NCBI GenBank assembly: GCA_964393745.1
Contig: CAYMVA010000054.1
Location: forward strand, 16,406 to 80,405
Reading direction: 5' to 3'
Length of the DNA: 64,000 nucleotides
DNA from: an uncultured Enterobacteriaceae bacterium
GTDB lineage: Bacteria; Pseudomonadota; Gammaproteobacteria; Burkholderiales; SG8-39
Made by a program: the position numbers and the translations under genes. A model generated the notes under the pieces. The model ran no database searches and was not told where the DNA came from. It was given only the letters and a program-made list of their open reading frames with translations. Below, in pieces: positions 37,508 to 46,875 of the stretch; position 1 is the first letter of the stretch, and the number at the start of each line of letters is the position of its first letter.

Positions 37508-38467
37508 TTAGTCGGCGACGATCCCGGCGCGCTTCACCACCGGGCCCCACTTGTCGCTTTCCGCCTTCACGAAGGCGAGGAATTGCTCGGGCGTGCCCTG
37601 GATGACGTTGGCGCCGCGCGATGTCAGGTTGTCGCGCACCTGCGGGTCCTGAGTGGCGCGGTTGAGGGCGGCGTTGATCTTCATCACCGTGTCGCGCGGC
37701 GTGGCGGCGGGCGCGACGATGCCGAACCACGCCGTCACCTCGTAGCCCTTAAGGCCCACTTCATCGAGCGTCGGCAGATCGGGCATGACGTGCGAGCGCT
37801 TGAGGCTGGTGACGGCCAGCGCGCGCATCTTGCCTGACTTGATGTGCCCCACCACCGGCGGCAGGTTGTCGAACATGAGTTGCGTCTCGCCCGACAGCAG
37901 CGAGGCGACCGCCGGCCCCGAGCCGCGGAACGGGATGTGCACGATGAAGGTGTTGGTCATGCCCTTGAGCAGCTCCATCGACATCTGCGGCGAGGTGCCG
38001 TAGCCGTTGGAGGCATAGTTGAGCCTGCCGGGGTTTTTCCTCAGGTAGTCGATCAGCTCGGGAACGGTTTTCACCGGCAGCGAGGGATTCACCAGCAGCA
38101 CGTTCGGCACCGTGCCGTACTGCCCCACGTAGGCGAAATCCTGCAGCGGCCGGTAATTGAGCTTGGGATAGATGTGCTGCGACAGCGCGAGCGACGGGTT
38201 GCCCATCAGCAGCATGTGGCCGTCGGGCGTGGCGCGCGCCACCGATTCGGCGCCGACGTTACCGCCCGCGCCGGAGCGGTTCTCGACCAGGATCGTGCCG
38301 CCAAGCTCGGCCTGCAGCTTCGGTTGCACGATGCGCGCAACCAGATCGATCAGCCCGCCCGGCGGGTATGGCACCACCAGAGTGATCGGGCGCGCCGGAT
38401 AGGTTTGGGCAAGCGCCGCCTGCGCGAACAGCGCCGCGGCGGCAATCAGGATGGCTCGCAATATCAC
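37508..38467 (-). CDS. TctC/Bug substrate-binding protein
   Basis: YPARPITLVVPYPPGG and ENRSGAGGNVG motifs. Confidence 0.9.
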   Translation of the reverse strand: MILRAILIAAAALFAQAALAQTYPARPITLVVPYPPGGLIDLVARIVQPKLQAELGGTILVENRSGAGGNVGAESVARATPDGHMLLMGNPSLALSQHIYPKLNYRPLQDFAYVGQYGTVPNVLLVNPSLPVKTVPELIDYLRKNPGRLNYASNGYGTSPQMSMELLKGMTNTFIVHIPFRGSGPAVASLLSGETQLMFDNLPPVVGHIKSGKMRALAVTSLKRSHVMPDLPTLDEVGLKGYEVTAWFGIVAPAATPRDTVMKINAALNRATQDPQVRDNLTSRGANVIQGTPEQFLAFVKAESDKWGPVVKRAGIVAD

Positions 38468-38478
38468 GTTGTGGTCTC

Positions 38479-39216
38479 CTATTTGCTGCCCTTCCAGGGC
38501 CAGGGCGGCTTATAGCCTTCGGACACGGTGCCCGGGCACGCCGGCGGGCAGGGATCGATGCCGACTGCGCCGAGCGCCGGCTGGCCAAAGCCTTCGCGCG
38601 CACGCCAGCCTGGGTACTTGAACACGATATTGTTGACGAAGCCGCCCGGGTTGTAAGTCATCGGCTTGTCCGGATGCTTCGCGTTCCACTCCTCGCTCAG
38701 GCTCTTGCTGGTGCGATACCAGGGAACCCGGTTCGCCCAGTAGTACAGCGTGGCGCTGCGCCAGCCCATGTCGCGCACCTCGGGCCACATCTGGTCGGCG
38801 TGCTTGATGTTGAACGGCGGATCGAGGCTCCACTTGGAATGGCCGACGATGTCGCCGAAGATGAACAGGCGCCCGCCCACGATTTCCCACTCGGTCGGGT
38901 CGCTGCCCATCTTGATGCCGAAGGGCGAGCCGTTGGAGCAGAAGCCGCCGTATTGCGGCTCGTACTTCGCCGGGTTGGCCTCGAACAGCTTTTTGTTTTC
39001 CGCGCTCACGAAGTAGTAGGTGCGCTCGGGCAGCGTCACCTTGTGCTTCGGGTCGCCGCGCACCGGCTTGCCCTGCGTGAAGTAGGCCACCGGGTCGTGC
39101 CCGAGCAGCATCAACTCCTCGCCATCGGGCGTGCGCATCGTCGCGTAGGGCGTGCCGCAGCCGCTGAGGCCCGCCACCGCCGCCAAAAGCACTGCCGTCA
39201 AGAGCGCGCGTCGCAT
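38479..39216 (-). CDS. YHS-domain lipoprotein
   Basis: Lipobox LSGC; GHDPVAYF and F..NPAKYEPQYGGFC motifs; GGAGG RBS. Confidence 0.8.
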   Translation of the reverse strand: MRRALLTAVLLAAVAGLSGCGTPYATMRTPDGEELMLLGHDPVAYFTQGKPVRGDPKHKVTLPERTYYFVSAENKKLFEANPAKYEPQYGGFCSNGSPFGIKMGSDPTEWEIVGGRLFIFGDIVGHSKWSLDPPFNIKHADQMWPEVRDMGWRSATLYYWANRVPWYRTSKSLSEEWNAKHPDKPMTYNPGGFVNNIVFKYPGWRAREGFGQPALGAVGIDPCPPACPGTVSEGYKPPWPWKGSK

Positions 39217-39229
39217 CGTTTCCTCCGCC

Positions 39230-39274
39230 TTATTTCCGGTCGGGTCACTTCCGATCGGGTCATTTCCGGTCAGG
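39230..39274 (-). repeat. Three 15-bp tandem units each reading (P)DRK-stop
   Basis: Minus strand reads GACCGGAAATGA-CCC-GATCGGAAGTGA-CCC-GACCGGAAATAA. Confidence 0.85.
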
Positions 39275-40024
39275 ATAGCTTACCGCCATCCCGGCGCGCA
39301 CGTCCTGCTGGATGCCGTACTGCGCGAAGGGATAGCGAAAGCCGTTCTTCGCCAGCGCCTCCATCCCCGCGACCGCCTTGGGCAGTTCCTCGGGCGGCAG
39401 CGCCATCAGCATTTCATCATCGAGCACGCCGCCGTAGCGCCGCTCGGCGAAGCACGGAATCGACAGGCTCGGCTGGCGCGTTTTCAGCGCTCGGCCCCAG
39501 GAATCGGCGCACGCCGATTCGCCCACCACGCTCCAGTCGAAGCGCTTGTAGCCCGACCACTGCAAGCCGTTGATGAAGTACATCATCGCTCCGGGCGTGG
39601 CGTAAAAGAGCGCGATGTCGGGCGGATCGAGCCTGCCCGAGGCGAGCGGCGCCACCGCCAGCGCGCGGTATTTCCCGACCGGCACCACGTTCATCGCGCG
39701 CTGGTGCGCCGACGCATCCACCTGCGTCGCGTACCACACGCCCACCATGTGCTGGCCTGAGTACCACTTTTCGTCCTGCGCGCCGAGGCCGACCACCGCG
39801 CGGCACTGGTCGCCCACCAGGTCCTCGGTGGTGATGCCGACCGTCCATCCCAGGCGCGCCGCCTGCGCCACCACCTGGTCGAGCGTGTGCACGCTGCCCT
39901 TGGGGCGCCGGATCTTGGGCACCGCTTCCATGTCCTCGCGGCGCTCGTAGAGCTTGATGCCGAACGGGATCGCGCGCAGCCTGAGCAGCCGCTCCAGGTC
40001 GACCACCAGTTTCTGCCAATCCAT
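39260..40024 (-). CDS. DUF169-family protein
   Basis: Q..AQAAR.GWT, PPDIALFYATP, GESACAD and SIPC.AERRYG motifs. Confidence 0.7.
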   Translation of the reverse strand: MDWQKLVVDLERLLRLRAIPFGIKLYERREDMEAVPKIRRPKGSVHTLDQVVAQAARLGWTVGITTEDLVGDQCRAVVGLGAQDEKWYSGQHMVGVWYATQVDASAHQRAMNVVPVGKYRALAVAPLASGRLDPPDIALFYATPGAMMYFINGLQWSGYKRFDWSVVGESACADSWGRALKTRQPSLSIPCFAERRYGGVLDDEMLMALPPEELPKAVAGMEALAKNGFRYPFAQYGIQQDVRAGMAVSYPDRK

Positions 40025-40036
40025 TAGCGCCTCCTT

Positions 40037-40813
40037 CTAGAAGAGCGAGTAGCCGCCGTCGATGAGGAACGTGTCGCCGGTGTGGTAGCCGCTGGCGTCG
40101 CTCGCGAGGTACACCGCGATGGCGCCGAAGTCCCCGGGCACGCCCCAGCGCCGCAGCGGCACACGCGGCAGCACTTTCTCAACGAACTTGTCCCAGTGCA
40201 GCGCTTTTTCGGTCATCGCGGTCTCGATCCAGCCCGGCAGGATGGCGTTGGCGCGGATGCGGTGGCGCCCGAATTCCACCGCGAGCCCGCGCATCATCGA
40301 GATGACGCCGCCCTTGGTGGCGGCGTAGTGCTCGCCGCGCGGCTGGCCGGAGATCGCGGCCAGGCTCGCAGTCACCGCGAGCGAGCCGCCCTGCCCGGCC
40401 TCGACCATGTGGCGCGCGGCGGCGCGCAGGGTAAAGAACGCGCCGTCGAGGTTGACGCGCGTGACGCGCTTCCATTCCTCGGTGCTCAGGGTGGTGAACG
40501 ATTTCACCTCGGCGCGGCCGCTCACACCCGCGTTGGCGAAGCACGCGTCCACCCGGCCGAAATGCGCCACCGTGCTGGCGAAGCACTTTTCCACCTGCGC
40601 TTCGTCGCCGACGTCGCAGCGTAGCGCGAGCGCTTTGGCGCCGTGCGATTTCAATTTGCCTAGAGCGGCAGCGTTCTTTTCCTCGTTGGTGCCCCAGATG
40701 CAGACCGCCGCGCCCGCCTGCGCCAGCGCCTCGGCCATGCCCAGGCCGATGCCGCTGTTGCCGCCGGTGATGAGCGCCGTCTTGCCCGTCAGATCGAACG
40801 CCTTGTACGCCAT
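40037..40813 (-). CDS. SDR oxidoreductase
   Basis: TGGNSGIG, ANAG and YAATK motifs. Confidence 0.88.
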   Translation of the reverse strand: MAYKAFDLTGKTALITGGNSGIGLGMAEALAQAGAAVCIWGTNEEKNAAALGKLKSHGAKALALRCDVGDEAQVEKCFASTVAHFGRVDACFANAGVSGRAEVKSFTTLSTEEWKRVTRVNLDGAFFTLRAAARHMVEAGQGGSLAVTASLAAISGQPRGEHYAATKGGVISMMRGLAVEFGRHRIRANAILPGWIETAMTEKALHWDKFVEKVLPRVPLRRWGVPGDFGAIAVYLASDASGYHTGDTFLIDGGYSLF

Positions 40814-40816
40814 GCG

Positions 40817-41680
40817 CTACGCCGCCTCGCGATCCTCGGTGGTGGTGCGGCGCAGCTCGCGCCGCTGCGACAGGTCGAAGCGCCGCCCGCGGTGCAGCAC
40901 GCAGCGATTGTCCCAGATGACCAAATCACCCGGACGCCACAAGTGGCGGTAAACGAACTCGCGCTGCGTGGCGTGCTCGAGCAGGTCGGCGAGGAGCATC
41001 TTCCCCTCGGCGAGCGACATACCCTTGATATGCGTGGCGTGGATCCCGACCCAGAGCACTTTCCTGCCGGAGCCCGGGTGCACGCGCACCAGCGGCCACT
41101 CCACCGGCGGCAACGCGTTCTTCTCCGCCTCGGAGTAATTCTCGCCCAGCCAGAGGCGCGAATGCAGCGCATAGTGCTCGCTCGTCAGGTCGGCGATTTC
41201 CGTTTTGAGATCCGCGGGTAGCTTGTCGTAGGAGGCCCGCAGGTCGGCGTACTCGGTCTCGCCGCCTTTTTCCGGGCAGACCACGGCGTGCAGCATCGAA
41301 TAGCGCGCCGCCGGCTGCTGGAACGAGCTGTCCGAGTGCCAGAGCTGGTTAGCAATGGTGGAGACGATCTTACGGTGCTCGCGCCCGTAGATCGCGCCTT
41401 CGGCGTCCACGTTCGAGATGTCGATGGTCTCGGCGTGCTTGTAGCGCTGCGGCGCGGAGCGCGTCGCCTTGTTGAGGCCGATGTCGAGCTTGCCGAAGGA
41501 GCCGGCGAAAGCGATCTGCTCGTCTTCGGTCAACGGCTGGCCGCGAAACACGAGCACAGCGTACCGGTCCATCGCCGCCTCGACCGCTCGCACCGTGGCG
41601 GCGTCGGGCGCGCGCCGCAGGTCGATGCCGCTCGCTTCCGCCGCGAACAGCAGGTGCAAAGGTTTCGTCGCCAGCGCCAT
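40817..41680 (-). CDS. tfdA: TfdA-like Fe(II)/alpha-ketoglutarate dioxygenase (TauD/TfdA family)
   Basis: ANQLWHSDSSFQQPAARYSML and LLEHATQREFVYRH..WDNRCVLHRGR match segments of 2,4-D dioxygenase TfdA as I recall them. Confidence 0.72.
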   Translation of the reverse strand: MALATKPLHLLFAAEASGIDLRRAPDAATVRAVEAAMDRYAVLVFRGQPLTEDEQIAFAGSFGKLDIGLNKATRSAPQRYKHAETIDISNVDAEGAIYGREHRKIVSTIANQLWHSDSSFQQPAARYSMLHAVVCPEKGGETEYADLRASYDKLPADLKTEIADLTSEHYALHSRLWLGENYSEAEKNALPPVEWPLVRVHPGSGRKVLWVGIHATHIKGMSLAEGKMLLADLLEHATQREFVYRHLWRPGDLVIWDNRCVLHRGRRFDLSQRRELRRTTTEDREAA

Positions 41681-41704
41681 GCCGGCATATTAAACTCCGG
41701 CGCC

Positions 41705-42679
41705 ATGCGTTCCTACTGGATCCAGCAGTCGGGCAGCGAAACGAAGCTCGAATTGCGCGAGGTAGCGGTGCCGGAGCCCGGCGCGGGACAGGTCTTGGTG
41801 CGCCTGCGCGCCGCCGGCCTGAACCGCGGCGAATTCATCGCCGGCCACGGGCTGCACAAGCCGGGCGCCGCCAAAGCCGCCGGCACCGAGGGGGCGGGCG
41901 AGGTGGCGAAGCTCGGCGCCGGCGTCACCGGCCTGGCGGCGGGCGAGCGCATCATGGGCCGCTGCCCTGGCGCCTTTGCGGAATACGCGCTCATGGATGC
42001 GCGCGAGGCGATCCCGATCCCGGCGCGCCTGTCGTGGCAGGAAGCCGCCGCCGTGCCGCTCGTATTCATGGTGGTGCACGACATGCTGATCGGCCAGGGG
42101 CGGCTGCAAGCGGGCGAATGGCTGCTGGTGACCGGGGTTTCTTCGGGCGTCGGCGTGGGCGCGCTGCAGGCCGCCAAGGCGCTTGGCGCCAAGGTGATCG
42201 GGACCTCCGGTTCGGCGGAAAAACTCGCGCGCCTTGCGCCGCTCGGGCTCGATGTCGCGATCCGCACGCGGGCGCCGGATTTCTGCGCCGCCGTAATGCA
42301 GGCGACCGGCGGCCGCGGCGCCGATCTCGCCGTCAACACGGTGGGCGGCTCGGTGTTCGCCGAGTGCGTGCGCGCCCTCGCCTTCGAGGGGCGGCTCGCG
42401 ATCGTCGGCTACGTGGATGGCCAGCTCAAGGCGGAGATGGACATCGAGGCGCTGCACGCCAAGCGCCTGCGGCTGTTCGGGGTCTCCAACAAGCTGCGCA
42501 ACGCCGAGCAGCGTGCCTCCACGGTGCGCGGTTTTGTCGCCGATTTGCTGCCGGCGATCGCCGACGGCCGCATCAAGCCGCTGCTGGACCGCGTGTTCCC
42601 GTTCGCCGAGCTGCCGCAGGCGAAGGCGCTCATGGAATCGAACGCCCACACCGGCAAGATCGTCGTCAGTTTGCCGTGA
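41705..42679 (+). CDS. NADPH:quinone oxidoreductase-like MDR-family protein
   Basis: AAGLNRGE, GTEGAGEV, GVSSGVG and HTGKIV motifs; no catalytic Zn cysteines seen. Confidence 0.82.
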   Translation: MRSYWIQQSGSETKLELREVAVPEPGAGQVLVRLRAAGLNRGEFIAGHGLHKPGAAKAAGTEGAGEVAKLGAGVTGLAAGERIMGRCPGAFAEYALMDAREAIPIPARLSWQEAAAVPLVFMVVHDMLIGQGRLQAGEWLLVTGVSSGVGVGALQAAKALGAKVIGTSGSAEKLARLAPLGLDVAIRTRAPDFCAAVMQATGGRGADLAVNTVGGSVFAECVRALAFEGRLAIVGYVDGQLKAEMDIEALHAKRLRLFGVSNKLRNAEQRASTVRGFVADLLPAIADGRIKPLLDRVFPFAELPQAKALMESNAHTGKIVVSLP

Positions 42680-43652
42680 TCTTCGCTTCCTTCACCACGC
42701 GACCCCAGATCGCGTACTCGCGCTCGATGTAGCGCCCGAAGACCTCGCCCGTGCTCGGCGCCGGCTCCATGCCGTGCGACATGAGCTGCTCGCGGATCTC
42801 GGGGATGGCGAGCGCGGCCAGCAGTTCGCGCTGCCAGCGCTCCACGATCTCGCGCGGCGTTTTCGCCGGCGCGATCAGTCCGTACCAATTGATCGCCTCG
42901 TAGCCCGGATAGCCCGATTCCGCCACCGTCGGCACTTCCGGCATCGCGGGCGAGCGCACGGTGCCGGTCACCGCAAGGGCGCGGATCTTGCCCGCCTTGA
43001 TGTGCGGGCCCGCGGTCACTGGCGTGGCGAAGATGGCGGCGATCTGGCCGCCGAGCAGGTCGGTCATCGCCGGCGCGCCGCCCTTGTAGGGCACGTGCAC
43101 GATGTCCACCTTGGCCATCATGCGCAGCAGCTCGCCCGAGAGATGGCCGATGTTGCCGATGCCGGAAGAACCGTAATTGACGCTGCCGGGCTTGGCGTTC
43201 GCCAGGCGGATGAAATCGGCGAGCGAGTTCGCCGGCACCGAGGCGTGCACCACCAGCACGTTGGGAAACGCCACCGCCATGCCAATGGGCACGAAATCGC
43301 GCAGCGGATCGTAGGGCAGCTTGGCGATCATGTGCGGCGCCACCACCATCGGGCCGGGGGAGACCAGCAGCACGGTATGGCCGTCGGGCGCCGCCCTGGA
43401 GAGAATCTCGTTGGCGATGTTGCCGCCGGCGCCGACGCGGTTTTCCACCACCACCGGCTGGCCCATGGTCTCGGAAAACCTTTTTGCGAGGATGCGTGCC
43501 GCAGTGTCGGTGCCGCCGCCGGGCGCGAAGCCGACCATTAGCGTGATCGTCCGGCTGGGAAAGGTGCCCTGCGCCAGCGCGCCGCCAGCGAGAAAAGCGG
43601 CCAACGACGCGGTAAGCAATGCGGCGAGCGCGATGCGAAGAGCGCGCATCAT
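42666..43652 (-). CDS. TctC/Bug substrate-binding protein
   Basis: FPSRTITLMVGFAPGGGTD and ENRVGAGGNIA motifs; ATGA coupling to the kinase gene. Confidence 0.9.
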   Translation of the reverse strand: MMRALRIALAALLTASLAAFLAGGALAQGTFPSRTITLMVGFAPGGGTDTAARILAKRFSETMGQPVVVENRVGAGGNIANEILSRAAPDGHTVLLVSPGPMVVAPHMIAKLPYDPLRDFVPIGMAVAFPNVLVVHASVPANSLADFIRLANAKPGSVNYGSSGIGNIGHLSGELLRMMAKVDIVHVPYKGGAPAMTDLLGGQIAAIFATPVTAGPHIKAGKIRALAVTGTVRSPAMPEVPTVAESGYPGYEAINWYGLIAPAKTPREIVERWQRELLAALAIPEIREQLMSHGMEPAPSTGEVFGRYIEREYAIWGRVVKEAKITAN

Positions 43653-44974
43653 GCAGTTCCACCATCCTTGACTGCGGCTTGCGGCGCGGCGCGCGCATTG
43701 GAGAACGCGAGCCGGTCGCCCAGGTTGCGGACCAGCGCGCGCATCAGGTGCAGCTGCGCGCCGACGCTCATTTTCTCCAGCGCCTCCTGCTCGAATTCGG
43801 CCAGCACCAGCTCGGTCATGGACTCGATGGTCGCATGCCGCGGCACCTCGCCGCCACGGATGTAGGACATCTCGCCCACGAACTCGCCTTCCTTGATCAG
43901 GTTGAGCAGGCGCCCGCCGCGGATCACCTTGGCCTCGCCCTTGGCGATGAAGATAATGGTCGCGCCCGGCTCGTTCTCCTTGATGATCGCGCGCTTCGGC
44001 GTGGCGCGCGACCAGCGCCCCGCATTGACCAGCTCCCAGATCTCGGCCTCGGAAAGCGCCGCCAGCATCGGCACCTGCTTGAGCGAGACGAACTTCTCGC
44101 TGTCGGGGATCTCCACCGCCGAGAGCATCAGCTGCCCGGCACCGGACAGTTCCTCGGCGAACGCGCCCCAGCTCGGATAGCGCTCGGCGGGCGATTTCCT
44201 CAGCGCGCGCAGCACCACCGCGTCCACCGCGGGCGGGATGCCCTGGCGCAGGGCCGAAGGCGGCGCCGGCTCCTCGGCGATGATCTTCTGGATCAGCGCC
44301 TCGAGGCTGTCGGCGTGAACCGGGCGCGCGCCGGTGAGCAGCTCGTAGATCACCACGCCGAGCGCGTACATGTCGCTGTGGAAGGTGACCGGCTCGCCGG
44401 TGAGCTGCTCGGGCGCCATGTAGAAGGGCGAGCCCATTGCCGCGGTCTGCACCGTCTGCGTCGTTCGCAGGTAGGCGGCGCCGAAGTCGGAGATCTTCAC
44501 GTCGGTGCCCTTCACCACCATGATGTTCGCCGGCTTGATGTCGCGGTGGACGATCCCTTCCTTGAACGCGTACTCGAGCGCGCCGCAGCACTTGAAGCCG
44601 ATCTGCAGCACGTCGGCGACCGGCAGCAGCTTGTCCGGCGCGGCGAACTGCGTGAGCTCCCCTCCCGTCACCAGCTCCATCGCGATGTAGCCGGAATTCT
44701 TCTCCACCACCGCGTCCAGGATGGCGGCGATGTGCGGGTGGCGCAGCTTCCCCGCGAGCGAGGCTTCGTTCAGGAACTGCGCCCGGTGCACCTTGCCGAA
44801 CTCCGGGTCGCGGAACACCTCGGGCTCGATCGTCTTCAGCGCGACGAGGTTGCCCGAGAAGGTGTCCTTCGCGAGATAAACCGTGCCGGTGGCGCCCTTG
44901 CCAAGGAGCTGCTGGATCTCGTACTTGCCGACCTGCAAGTCGAGACTGAGGGTGAAGCCGGGCGACGCGCTCAC
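43649..44974 (-). CDS. Hanks-type Ser/Thr kinase with C-terminal cyclic-nucleotide-binding-like domain
   Basis: GKGATG, VALK, HRDIKPAN, SDFG, GSPFYMAPE and SDMYALG motifs; C-terminal GEFVGEMSY....RHAT. Confidence 0.88.
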   Translation of the reverse strand: MSASPGFTLSLDLQVGKYEIQQLLGKGATGTVYLAKDTFSGNLVALKTIEPEVFRDPEFGKVHRAQFLNEASLAGKLRHPHIAAILDAVVEKNSGYIAMELVTGGELTQFAAPDKLLPVADVLQIGFKCCGALEYAFKEGIVHRDIKPANIMVVKGTDVKISDFGAAYLRTTQTVQTAAMGSPFYMAPEQLTGEPVTFHSDMYALGVVIYELLTGARPVHADSLEALIQKIIAEEPAPPSALRQGIPPAVDAVVLRALRKSPAERYPSWGAFAEELSGAGQLMLSAVEIPDSEKFVSLKQVPMLAALSEAEIWELVNAGRWSRATPKRAIIKENEPGATIIFIAKGEAKVIRGGRLLNLIKEGEFVGEMSYIRGGEVPRHATIESMTELVLAEFEQEALEKMSVGAQLHLMRALVRNLGDRLAFSNARAAPQAAVKDGGTA

Positions 44975-44978
44975 GGTC

Positions 44979-45485
44979 CTAGGGCGTGCCGATGAAATCG
45001 CCCTTGCCGAGTTCCACGCCGCTGTGGCGCAGGATGCCGTAGGCGGTGGCGGCGTGGAAATAGAAATTGGGCAGCGCGAAGCCGAGCAGGTACTGAAGCC
45101 CGAGCCACTTCACCTCGCGCTTGCCGAGCTTGATCTCGATCGCCTTGTCCTCGGTGCCGTCGAGCTGCGCCGGCTTGAACGATTCCACCAATTGCAGCGT
45201 CTTGGCGATGCGCGCCTTGAGCTCGGCGAAGGTCTGCTCGGTGTCCTCGTGCTTGGGGACCTCTGCGCCGACCAGCCGCGCCACCGCGCCCTTGGCGGTG
45301 TCGCACGCGATCTGCACCTGGCGCGAAAGCGGGAACATATCGGGGTAGAGGCGGGCTGCGAGCAACACGGCAGGGTCGATCTTCTTGGCCTCGCAGTGCG
45401 CCTGCGCCTTGTCGAGCATCGCGGCGAGGTTGCGCAGCGTGTTGGCGAAGCGCGGCACGCTCGCCTGATACATGGAAATATTCAT
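44979..45485 (-). CDS. DUF1993-family protein
   Basis: LYPDMFPL.RQVQIACD, LPNFYFH..TAY.ILRH.GVELGK.DF motifs. Confidence 0.85.
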   Translation of the reverse strand: MNISMYQASVPRFANTLRNLAAMLDKAQAHCEAKKIDPAVLLAARLYPDMFPLSRQVQIACDTAKGAVARLVGAEVPKHEDTEQTFAELKARIAKTLQLVESFKPAQLDGTEDKAIEIKLGKREVKWLGLQYLLGFALPNFYFHAATAYGILRHSGVELGKGDFIGTP

Positions 45486-45535
45486 CCGGGCTTCCGTAGA
45501 ATGGACGCAAAGATAATTGTCGCACGCGCCCGAAA

Positions 45536-46618
45536 GTGCTGCCCGACGCCCCACGCCGCATCATCCACCTCGACATGGACGCGTTTTACGCTTCGGTCGA
45601 GCAGCGCGACGACCCGGCGCTGCGCGGCAAGCCGCTCGCGGTCGGCGGCTCGCCGCAGTCGCGCGGCGTGGTGGCGGCGGCGAGCTACGAAGCGCGCGCC
45701 TTCGGCGTGCGTTCGGCGATGCCGATGTCGCGTGCCCTCCGCCAGTGCCCCGAGCTGCTGATCGTGCGGCCCGATTTCGCGCGCTACCGCGCGGTGTCGC
45801 AGCAGGTGATGGAGATCCTGCGCTCGGCGACGCCGCTGGTGGAGCCGTTATCGCTCGACGAAGCCTACCTCGACGTTACGGAAAACCTGTGGGGCGAGCC
45901 GCTCGCGGTCAACGTGGCGAAGCGCCTCAAGCAGCGCATTCGCGACGAGCTCTCCCTGACCGCGTCGGCCGGCGTAGCGCCGAACAAGTTCCTCGCCAAG
46001 ATCGCTTCGGGCTGGCAGAAGCCCGACGGCCTGACGGTGATCGCGCCCGAGCGCGTCGAGCGCTTTCTGCAAAAACTGCCGGTCGAGGCGCTCTGGGGCG
46101 TAGGGCCGGTGACCGCAAAGAAGCTGCACGCGATCGGCATCGAGCGCCTGGTGCAGGTGCGCGACGCCGACCCGGTGCTGCTGCAGCGCACCGTGGGCAG
46201 CCTCGCCGACTGGCTCGCGCGCCTGGCGCAAGGCGACGATCCGCGCCCGGTGCGCCCCGACCGGCCGTGGAAATCGCGCTCGGCGGAAACCACCTATGCC
46301 GAGGACCTCGAAGAGCTGCGCGAGATGCGCGCCGAGATCGAGCGACTGGCGCGCCGCGTCGCGGAGATGCTGGAGAAAAAAAGCCTGTGCGCGCGCACCG
46401 TGACGATCAAGGTTCGCTATCCGGATTTCACCACCGTGACGCGCAGCCACACCGCCGATGCGCCGACGCGCGACGGCAGCGAAATCGCCTCGCGCGCGCT
46501 GGCGCTGCTCGAGCGCACCGACGCCGGCCGCAGGCCGGTGCGGCTGCTCGGCGTCGGCGCACACGAGCTTGCGGGCGACGGCGACTATCCGCCCGCTCCA
46601 GGCGTGCTGCCGTTCTGA
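45536..46618 (+). CDS. dinB: DNA polymerase IV
   Basis: IHLDMDAFYASVEQ, ASYEAR.FGV, SLDEAYLD, NKFLAK and WGVG motifs. Confidence 0.93.
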   Translation: MLPDAPRRIIHLDMDAFYASVEQRDDPALRGKPLAVGGSPQSRGVVAAASYEARAFGVRSAMPMSRALRQCPELLIVRPDFARYRAVSQQVMEILRSATPLVEPLSLDEAYLDVTENLWGEPLAVNVAKRLKQRIRDELSLTASAGVAPNKFLAKIASGWQKPDGLTVIAPERVERFLQKLPVEALWGVGPVTAKKLHAIGIERLVQVRDADPVLLQRTVGSLADWLARLAQGDDPRPVRPDRPWKSRSAETTYAEDLEELREMRAEIERLARRVAEMLEKKSLCARTVTIKVRYPDFTTVTRSHTADAPTRDGSEIASRALALLERTDAGRRPVRLLGVGAHELAGDGDYPPAPGVLPF

Positions 46619-46627
46619 GGGTGTCGC

Positions 46628-46875
46628 GACGCGCCGCCCGGTGCCGCCGCCTTCCCCAGTGCCGCGAAGAAAATCGGGGACAGACCTGAATTCTGGGTCT
46701 GTCCCCGATTTTCTTTACCCTCGCCTCATTGCCGCGGTCGTCGGCCGTCTGCGGAACTCGCCCCTCGCTGAAGCGGCTCGGGCTCGGACAATCCTCGCCG
46801 GATCTCCTTCGCCCGCGGCCCAGCTCCGCGCGGCACGATGGGGACCCCTTGCGGCGGCGCCGGGCGGCGCTCGTC
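46628..46875 (+). mobile_element. MITE-like element, left copy, with ~20-bp terminal inverted repeats and an internal family B palindrome
   Basis: Ends GACGCGCCGCCCGGTGCCGCCGC / GCGGCGGCGCCGGGCGGCGC(T)CGTC; internal palindrome at 46667..46715; no ORF of known function. Confidence 0.7.

Noticed and set aside
38479-39216. YHS protein as a selenoprotein
   Set aside because: The relevant position is an ordinary Cys (GGFC); there is no in-frame TGA.
27627-41680. A single contiguous haloaromatic degradation island (DLH, rdhA, tfdA-like)
   Set aside because: The genes are scattered among unrelated operons with host-like composition and no mobility signs, so a pathway link is only a possibility.
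45486-45535. LexA (CTGT-N8-ACAG) box upstream of dinB
   Set aside because: No matching site was seen in the 50-bp divergent gap.
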